This document shows, piece after piece, positions 36,930 through 42,462 of a DNA stretch of 42,462 nt (position 1 is the stretch's first letter; every line of letters starts with the position of its first letter). The DNA comes from Gemmatimonadales bacterium. Its GTDB lineage: Bacteria; Gemmatimonadota; Gemmatimonadetes; Gemmatimonadales; JACORV01. The notes below the pieces were generated by a model. It was not told the origin of the DNA and did not search any database. It saw only the letters and a list, made by a program, of their open reading frames with translations. The stretch covers positions 1 through 42,462 of the forward strand of contig JBIOIA010000003.1 of the NCBI GenBank assembly GCA_044449445.1. Reading direction: 5' to 3'. Position numbers and translations under genes: made by a program.

Positions 36930-37637
36930 TCACGATACGGGCCCCGCCATCTCCCTGCGAATCGCCTTCACTTCGGCCGCCGGGTCGCTCGCGCCGCTGA
37001 CCGGCCGGCCCACCACGAGGAGGTCCGATCCGGCCCGGACCGCCTCGGCCGGCGTCGCGACGCGGCGCTGGTCGTCCGCCGCAGCACCTGAGCGCCGGAT
37101 CCCCGGCGAAACCAGCAGCGCGGCGGCGCCGGCCACGCGCCGGACGCGCGGCGTCTCCTGCGCGCCGGCCACGAAGCCGTCGAGCCCGGTGCCAAGTGCG
37201 AACCTGACCAATCGTTCCTGCTCGTCGCCCACGTCGGAGACATCGCGCGCCATGACGGCGCCGTAGTCGGCGGCGTTGAACGAGGTGAGCACGCCGACGC
37301 CGATCAGCTTCAGTCCCGATCCGTTGCGCGAGCGCGCGGCGGCCTCGAGCATGGCTCGTCCGCCGGCCAGGTGGAGGGTGGCGAGCTCGCACCCCAGCGC
37401 CACCGCTGCTGTGACCGCGCCGGCCACCGTGCTGGGGATGTCATGCCACTTGAGGTCGAGGAACACGCGCTTGCCGCGGCGCTTGAGCTCCTGCACCACG
37501 GCCGGCCCGTCGCGCACGAACAGCACCGGCCCGACCTTGTACCAGGCGGCCTCGCCGCCGACCGCGTCCACCAGCGCGAGCGCCGCGCGCGCGTCGGGCA
37601 GGTCGAGCGCGATCGCCAGGTCAGGCCGTCTGGGCAC
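36930..37637 (-). CDS. pyrF: Orotidine-5'-phosphate decarboxylase
   Basis: IALD, YKVG, DLKWHDIPSTV (DxKxxD), SPGIR, DDQRRV, LVVGRP. Confidence 0.96.
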   Translation of the reverse strand: MPRRPDLAIALDLPDARAALALVDAVGGEAAWYKVGPVLFVRDGPAVVQELKRRGKRVFLDLKWHDIPSTVAGAVTAAVALGCELATLHLAGGRAMLEAAARSRNGSGLKLIGVGVLTSFNAADYGAVMARDVSDVGDEQERLVRFALGTGLDGFVAGAQETPRVRRVAGAAALLVSPGIRRSGAAADDQRRVATPAEAVRAGSDLLVVGRPVSGASDPAAEVKAIRREMAGPVS

Positions 37638-38529
37638 GAACGCCTCCCTCGTCCTGCATGATCGCCGCCAGCTCTCGCGCGATGCGCTCCGGAGCGCGCG
37701 GGTCGGCGAGCGCGGCAGTGCCCACGGCCACCAGCGATGCGCCCGCCACCAGGTACTGCCACGCGTCCCGGCCCGTGCGCACGCCGCCCGCCCCGATCAC
37801 CGGGCGTCCCGTCGCCTTCGTCACGACGCGCGTCATGCGCACGCCGACCGGCAGCAGCGGCGGCCCCGAGAGTCCACCCGTCCCGGCGCCGAGGCGCGCG
37901 CCGTGCGGCTCAGCTTCGTCGAACAGCAGCGCCGGCAGCGTGTTCACGCACGTGAACCCGTCGGCACCCGCTTCGGCGGCTGACGTCGCGATCCGCGCCG
38001 GGTCGCTCAACACCGGCGAGAGCTTCACGATGAGCGGCCGGTCCGTCGCCCCGCGCGCGCGGCGCACCAGGTCGGTCAGGATGGTCTCGTCCGCGCCGAA
38101 TTCAGCGCCGCCCCGCTCCACGTTCGGGCACGACACGTTGAGCTCGAACGCGGCGATGCCGCTCTCCTTCGCCAGCCCCTGCACCACCGTGACGAAGTCG
38201 CTGACTGTGTGACCCACGACGTTGATGATCACCGGCGTGAGCGCGAGATGCTCGCGCAGCCACGGCAGCGCCTCGCGGCGAACGACCTCGAGGCCGGGAT
38301 TGGCCAGGCCGACCGAGTTGAGCATCGCGCCGCGCGTCTCGGCGACGCGCGGCGCCGGGTTGCCGTGCCGCGGCTCCGGGCTCACGGCCTTGGTCACGAG
38401 CCCGCCCAGGGCGGCGAGGTCGATGACTCCGGCGACCTCGCGACCGAAGCCGGCGGTACCGGCGGCCAGCAGAATCGGATTGCGGAACAGCGTCCCGAAG
38501 CACTCGACCTGGGGCGCCGTGGTTCTCAC
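37621..38529 (-). CDS. pyrD: Dihydroorotate dehydrogenase, class 1B-type catalytic subunit
   Basis: NPILLAAGTAG, GNPAPRVAET..MLNSVGLANPG, ELNVSCPN (catalytic Cys), VKLSP, NT, GGLSG, IGAGGV. Confidence 0.93.
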   Translation of the reverse strand: MRTTAPQVECFGTLFRNPILLAAGTAGFGREVAGVIDLAALGGLVTKAVSPEPRHGNPAPRVAETRGAMLNSVGLANPGLEVVRREALPWLREHLALTPVIINVVGHTVSDFVTVVQGLAKESGIAAFELNVSCPNVERGGAEFGADETILTDLVRRARGATDRPLIVKLSPVLSDPARIATSAAEAGADGFTCVNTLPALLFDEAEPHGARLGAGTGGLSGPPLLPVGVRMTRVVTKATGRPVIGAGGVRTGRDAWQYLVAGASLVAVGTAALADPRAPERIARELAAIMQDEGGVRAQTA

Positions 38530-39962
38530 GGATCGATGGTCGGACGCGTCGTGGGCCGCGTCGCGGGCCGGGACGGCGTGCCCGACACCGGAACGATCGG
38601 CACCCGGATCATCGCCGCGTTCCGGTCCTGCTCCAGCGTGAGGTCGGGCAGCGCCGCGAGGGCCTTCTGGAGCGAATCCTCGAGCAACGCGAACGCGCCT
38701 GCCGCATCCTCGCGAGCGAGCGCGATCGCGGCGTACGGGCTCGCCGCGTAGCGCCCTTCGAGTAGTGCGCGCAGCGAATCGGCCGACGGATGGCCAAGGA
38801 CGATCGCCGCCAGGAGTCCCTTGGGCGTCCACGGCGAATCGGGGAACAGGTCGGCCATTTGCGCGAAGGTCGCGGCCGCGAGCGCGCTCGCTCCCAGCGA
38901 GTCGCGCAGCACGACGCCGCGGAAGAACCAGAATGCGTCGCGCGCCAGGGCGACCCGCGCCAGCGTGTCGGCCAGATCGATCGAGCGCGCGAGACCAGTC
39001 GCCTCGAGTCCCGGCTGGGCGCCCAGCGCAGCGATCCGCCGCAGACGCTGGTGTAGCGCCGCGAGCTCGTCGGTCGTGCCGATGGCGACCAGCTCAAGCC
39101 GCAGCAACGCCAGTGTCGCGGCGCGGCCTTCGACGCTGTCGGGCACGAGGCGCGTCACCAGGCCCAGCCGCGCCGACGCACCTGCCGTGTCGGCGACCTG
39201 GAGCCGGCGACCGGCATCGGCCAGCGAGAGCCGCGCCTTGGAGCCCATCCCGAGGTCGGCGCGAAGCAGCAACCGGTCCACGGACCTGCTCGCGGACTCG
39301 ACCAGACCGGCGCGACCGAGGCTGTCGAGCAAGGGCAACCACTGCGATTCGTCGAATGGAGCGGAGCCCGCCGCGCTCTCGGCGAGCTCGGCGGCCTGCC
39401 GCACCTCCCCAAGGGCGAGCGCGGCCCGTACGCGCTCGGTGTGCGCTTCGCGCTCGCGCGAGCCGCGGAAATCCTCGAGCGCGAGCGCCGGCTCATGGGC
39501 GAGCAGGTAGGCACGGCCCCGGTACAGGAGGGCCAGCGAGCGACGCCGCGAGTCGTGCGATTGCGCCGCCGAATCGAGGGCCTCCAGCGCCTGCGGCAGG
39601 CGGCGCAGCGCCATGTTCGCGCGGCCCAGCCCCAGCTCGGCCTCGAGGCGCTGCTCCCGCGAGCTGAGCCGGCGAGCGGCCTCCTCGAGCGCGACGACCG
39701 CGTCGGCGAACGACTGCTCGGCGAGAAGCGCACGGCCGCGAATGAGGTATGCCTCGCCCACCCAGTGCGAACCCGGATGGCGCGCGATCACCGAGTCGGC
39801 GTGCACCTCCGCGCTGCGCCACCGGTCGGTCGCTTCGAGGGTGCGACCCGCGCGCTCGGACGCCTCGGCCTGCGACGCCCAGTGCTTGGCGTTGTACACG
39901 CCGTTGTAGTAGACGCAGCCGCTGAGGCCCAGGGCGAGACACAGGGGCATCAACCTCTTCAT
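38526..39962 (-). CDS. TPR-like helical lipoprotein, unknown function
   Basis: Lipobox LSGC followed by VYYNGVYNAK; HPGSHWVGEAYLIRGRA and FPDSPWTPKG TPR turns; ATGA/GTGA coupling on both sides. Confidence 0.75.
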   Translation of the reverse strand: MKRLMPLCLALGLSGCVYYNGVYNAKHWASQAEASERAGRTLEATDRWRSAEVHADSVIARHPGSHWVGEAYLIRGRALLAEQSFADAVVALEEAARRLSSREQRLEAELGLGRANMALRRLPQALEALDSAAQSHDSRRRSLALLYRGRAYLLAHEPALALEDFRGSREREAHTERVRAALALGEVRQAAELAESAAGSAPFDESQWLPLLDSLGRAGLVESASRSVDRLLLRADLGMGSKARLSLADAGRRLQVADTAGASARLGLVTRLVPDSVEGRAATLALLRLELVAIGTTDELAALHQRLRRIAALGAQPGLEATGLARSIDLADTLARVALARDAFWFFRGVVLRDSLGASALAAATFAQMADLFPDSPWTPKGLLAAIVLGHPSADSLRALLEGRYAASPYAAIALAREDAAGAFALLEDSLQKALAALPDLTLEQDRNAAMIRVPIVPVSGTPSRPATRPTTRPTIDP

Positions 39963-41203
39963 CTCGAATTCCCCGCGGCCAGTCGCCGCTCGAGCTCGGC
40001 CATGTAGCGCCCGATGCCCTCGGCGATCGCGCGCGCCAGCCGGCGCTGGCCGGCCGGGCTCGCCAGGTAGCGCGCCTCGGCGTCGTTGCTACCGAACCCG
40101 GTCTCGATGAGGATCGCCGGCATGTAGCTCGTGGCGAGCACCATGAAACCCGCCTGCTTCACACCGCGGCTCTCGGAGGGGTGCACCTTGCCGAGCGATT
40201 CCTGCACCAGCTCGGCGAGCCGGCTCGACTCGCGCAGGTGCTCGTTCTGCGCCAGGTCGCGCAGGATGAATCCCATCGGATCGCCGTGCCCGGCCCTCGC
40301 CGCCGTCTCGAAGCGCACCGAGGAGTTCTCCATCCGCTGGACGCGCTGCGCGTCCTCGGTCCGGGCCTCGGCGAGGTAGTAGGTCTCGAAGCCGCGCGCG
40401 GTTCGCGCCGCCCTGCCCCAGCTGGGCGGCGCCGCGTTGACGTGGATGGACACGAAGATGGTGGCGCCGGCCCGCGCGGCGATCGCGCCACGATCCCCAA
40501 GCGCGATCAGCGTGTCGGCGTCGCGGGTCAGCACTCCGGTCAGGCCCTGGTTCGGGAGCTCGCGCGCCAGCTCGCGCGCGATGCCGAGCGTGATGTCCTT
40601 CTCGCGCAGGAAGTGTTCGCTCCCGATCGGGCCCGTCATCCCGACGTCCACGCCGCCGTGGCCCGGATCGATGGCGACGACGCGCGGCCGCCTAACGGCC
40701 GGAACGGCCGGGCGGACCGCGGGGGCGGACGGCGTGACCACAACCCGTTGCACCTGGTCCGCTGCCGCCTCGGGCAACTCCTCGAACAGGCCGCGCGCCG
40801 CGTCATAGCGGTAGCGCGCGATGAGCCGCGGCAGGTGCTCGGCGAAGAACTGGAGCGGGACGAACAGCGAGTCGCGCGCGACGTATGGTCCGGCCGCGAG
40901 CGCGTAGACGGTGCCGAGGTATCGGAAGTAGGCGGCGTCGAGGACGAAGGTGAACACGCGGCCGCTGACGCCCAGCGACGCCGTGCCCGGCGGCGATGCC
41001 AGAATCTCGAGCGCGAGCACCTCGCCCAACGGGGCCACTGCGAGCGCCGGGAAGCCGCGGTCAAGGGCGACGGGCACACGCAGCGTGCCGCGCGCCGACG
41101 TGACGGTGATCGCCTCGGGTGCCGCGCCGCGAGCAGGCGCTTGCGGGCCCGCGAGCGGCGCCAGCGCGAGCGCGAGCGCGAACACGCCGCGCGTGCCGTT
41201 CAT
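39959..41203 (-). CDS. N-acetylmuramoyl-L-alanine amidase (Amidase_3, AmiC-like)
   Basis: Signal peptide; IDPGHGG, REKDITL, LTRDAD, VSIHVNA, GFETY, RGVKQAGFMVL, ILIETGF. Confidence 0.93.
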   Translation of the reverse strand: MNGTRGVFALALALAPLAGPQAPARGAAPEAITVTSARGTLRVPVALDRGFPALAVAPLGEVLALEILASPPGTASLGVSGRVFTFVLDAAYFRYLGTVYALAAGPYVARDSLFVPLQFFAEHLPRLIARYRYDAARGLFEELPEAAADQVQRVVVTPSAPAVRPAVPAVRRPRVVAIDPGHGGVDVGMTGPIGSEHFLREKDITLGIARELARELPNQGLTGVLTRDADTLIALGDRGAIAARAGATIFVSIHVNAAPPSWGRAARTARGFETYYLAEARTEDAQRVQRMENSSVRFETAARAGHGDPMGFILRDLAQNEHLRESSRLAELVQESLGKVHPSESRGVKQAGFMVLATSYMPAILIETGFGSNDAEARYLASPAGQRRLARAIAEGIGRYMAELERRLAAGNSR

Positions 41204-41688
41204 CCGCGCTTCAACGCGCGCTGCATGTCGCGCTCGGCCTCGCGTCGCTTCAGGTCGTCACGCTTGTCGTGCTGCTTCTTGCCGCGCGCCAGCGCGATCA
41301 CGACCTTCGCCGTCGGGCCCTTGAAGTGGATCTCCAGCGGCACCAGCGTGTGGCCCTTCTGCTCCACCGCGCCGATCAGGCGGCGGATCTCCTGCTTGTG
41401 CATCAGCAGCTTGCGGGTCCTGAGCGGATCGTGATTGTGGATGTTGCCCTGCTCGTAGGGCGGGATGTGGATCCCCTCGAGAAACACCTCGCCGCGGTGG
41501 ACCCTGCCGAATGCGCCCAGGATGCTGCCGCGGCGTGCCCGGAGGGACTTCACCTCGGTGCCCTGGAGCACCAGGCCGGCTTCGTAGGTCGCGAGGATCT
41601 CGTAGTCGTGCCGCGCACGCGGATTGCGGGCGATCACGCGGATCGGCCGCGCTTTCTTGCCCGGGTGGGGCGCTCGCTGGAGCTTCAC
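41200..41688 (-). CDS. smpB: SsrA-binding protein SmpB
   Basis: ARNPRARHDY, EAGLVLQGTEVKSLR, NHDPLRTRKLL, ARGKKQHDKR; start uncertain (GTG 41688 or 41700). Confidence 0.95.
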   Translation of the reverse strand: MKLQRAPHPGKKARPIRVIARNPRARHDYEILATYEAGLVLQGTEVKSLRARRGSILGAFGRVHRGEVFLEGIHIPPYEQGNIHNHDPLRTRKLLMHKQEIRRLIGAVEQKGHTLVPLEIHFKGPTAKVVIALARGKKQHDKRDDLKRREAERDMQRALKRG

Positions 41689-41715
41689 AGAGGGGGACAC
41701 GTGTTTCGTAACCCC

Positions 41716-41744
41716 AAGATAGAACGGTAGTTCCGAATGGTCAA
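41716..41744 (-). promoter_or_regulatory. sigma70-type promoter for smpB
   Basis: Minus strand TTGACC (41744-41739), 17-bp spacer, TATCTT (41721-41716). Confidence 0.55.
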
Positions 41745-41800
41745 AAGCTGAAAGCTGAAAGTTGAAAGCGCACTTTCGGCTTTCAGCTTTCAGCTTTGAG
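41741..41800. repeat. 60-bp heptamer palindrome (4+4 units) just downstream of tRNA-Leu
   Basis: TCAAAAG CTGAAAG CTGAAAG TTGAAAG -CGCA- CTTTCGG CTTTCAG CTTTCAG CTTTGAG. Confidence 0.88.
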
Positions 41801-41812
41801 CTGTCTTTCAGG

Positions 41813-41896
41813 TGCCGAAGGTGGGACTCGAACCCACACGGGCTTACGCCCACTGCGCCCTGAACGCAGCGCGTCTACCAGTTCCACCACTTCGGC
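41813..41896 (-). tRNA. tRNA-Leu (anticodon CAG)
   Basis: GCCGAAG acceptor stem pairs with CTTCGGC-A; D arm TGGTGGAACTGGTAGAC; anticodon arm CTGCG-TTCAGGG-CGCAG; long variable arm; GTTCGAGTCCC T arm; 3' end reads ACCT, so CCA is not fully encoded. Confidence 0.96.
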
Positions 41897-41919
41897 GGGC
41901 CGAGAAACATAGCCGGGGA

Positions 41920-42462
41920 TCAGTAGCGCGTCATCCCCGGGTCCACGTCCACCGCCCAGGCTTCCACGCCCCCGCGCAGCGACCGGGCGTTCGCGAAGCC
42001 GCTGGCCCTGAGGAAGCGCGCGGCCTGCAGCGAGCGCGAGCCTTTGTGGCAGAGGGTGACGATCGTCGCGCCCTTGTCGAGCTCCTCCAGTCGCTCCGGC
42101 AGCTCGCCCATCGGCACCGCCACGCTGCCCTCGATTCGGCACAGCTCGAATTCCCACGGCTCGCGCACGTCGAGCAGCACGATCTTCGGGCCGCGCGCGA
42201 GCTCTTCCTTCAAGTCGGCCGCAGACAGCTCCATCGTGATGGGCTCCTTCGGGGACTGCGGCGCCGCCCCGCCGCAGAACGCGTCGTAGTCGCTCAGCGA
42301 GCGCACCGTTGGCCGCTCGCCGCACAGCGGGCACGAGGCATCCTTCTCCAGCGCCAGCTCGCGGAAGCGCATCGCCAGCACGTCCAGCACGAGCAGCCGT
42401 CCGACCAGCGGCTCGCCCGCGCCCAGGATCAGCTTGATCGCCTCGGCGGCCTGGAGCGTGCC
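41920..42462 (-). CDS. moeB: MoeB/ThiF adenylyltransferase fused to rhodanese (MoeZ-like), C-terminal part
   Basis: GTLQAAEAIKLILGAGEPLVGRLL.LD, CPLCG, DYDAFCG, LLDVREPWE, rhodanese loop CHKGSRS; frame open to the window end. Confidence 0.9.
   Translation of the reverse strand, partial: GTLQAAEAIKLILGAGEPLVGRLLVLDVLAMRFRELALEKDASCPLCGERPTVRSLSDYDAFCGGAAPQSPKEPITMELSAADLKEELARGPKIVLLDVREPWEFELCRIEGSVAVPMGELPERLEELDKGATIVTLCHKGSRSLQAARFLRASGFANARSLRGGVEAWAVDVDPGMTRY

Noticed and set aside
40685-40735. Octamer-like GGCGGAC words in the amidase linker (PSAPAVRPAVPAVRRP)
   Set aside because: No clean 8-nt tandem period; explainable by Pro/Ala/Val/Arg codons.
41783-41853. ORF-track smpB start at 41853 running through the tRNA and heptamer palindrome
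   Set aside because: It overlaps the tRNA gene and lies upstream of the predicted smpB promoter; the open frame is a by-product of the repeat.
41741-41896. tRNA-Leu 3' end as a genomic island or prophage attachment site; tmRNA next to smpB
   Set aside because: I saw no duplicated tRNA 3' fragment, integrase or composition shift; the gaps flanking smpB are too short for a ~350-nt ssrA.

Overview
High-GC bacterial chromosomal core region. Gene content and protein features suggest Gemmatimonadota/FCB group (inference, not verified). It holds 44 protein genes plus one tRNA-Leu(CAG), all on the minus strand except rpmB. In transcription order (right to left): moeB-rhodanese (partial), tRNA-Leu, smpB, amidase, TPR lipoprotein, pyrD, pyrF; a stand-alone alpha operon (rpmJ-rpsM-rpsK-rpsD-rpoA-rplQ) converging on rpmB; a ~23.6 kb, 21-gene tightly coupled run (gmd, rmd-like, carB, murB, wbpDEBA-like, rmlDACB, ugd, UDP-GlcA decarboxylase, UDP-GlcA epimerase-like, two TPR proteins, bamD, nadD, secA, secreted plug-like protein); radC, rel, uvrB, tsaE-tsaB-rimI; ssb, TsaP-like LysM protein, GalE-like epimerase and a TolQ/ExbB-family gene (partial). 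I see no integrase, transposase, CRISPR array, prophage or defence island. The least explained signals are two families of short tandem repeats built from ~4-unit arms (7-mer NNGAAAG and 8-mer GGCGGACR). They form long intergenic palindromes and also sit in frame inside housekeeping genes. Also notable: a nucleotide-sugar superoperon with no glycosyltransferase or flippase that runs into protein-export genes, a 4-Cys insert in SecA, and a histone-H1-like N-terminal tail on MurB. Start codons were re-picked by eye from overlaps and Shine-Dalgarno (SD) motifs and often differ from the ORF track.
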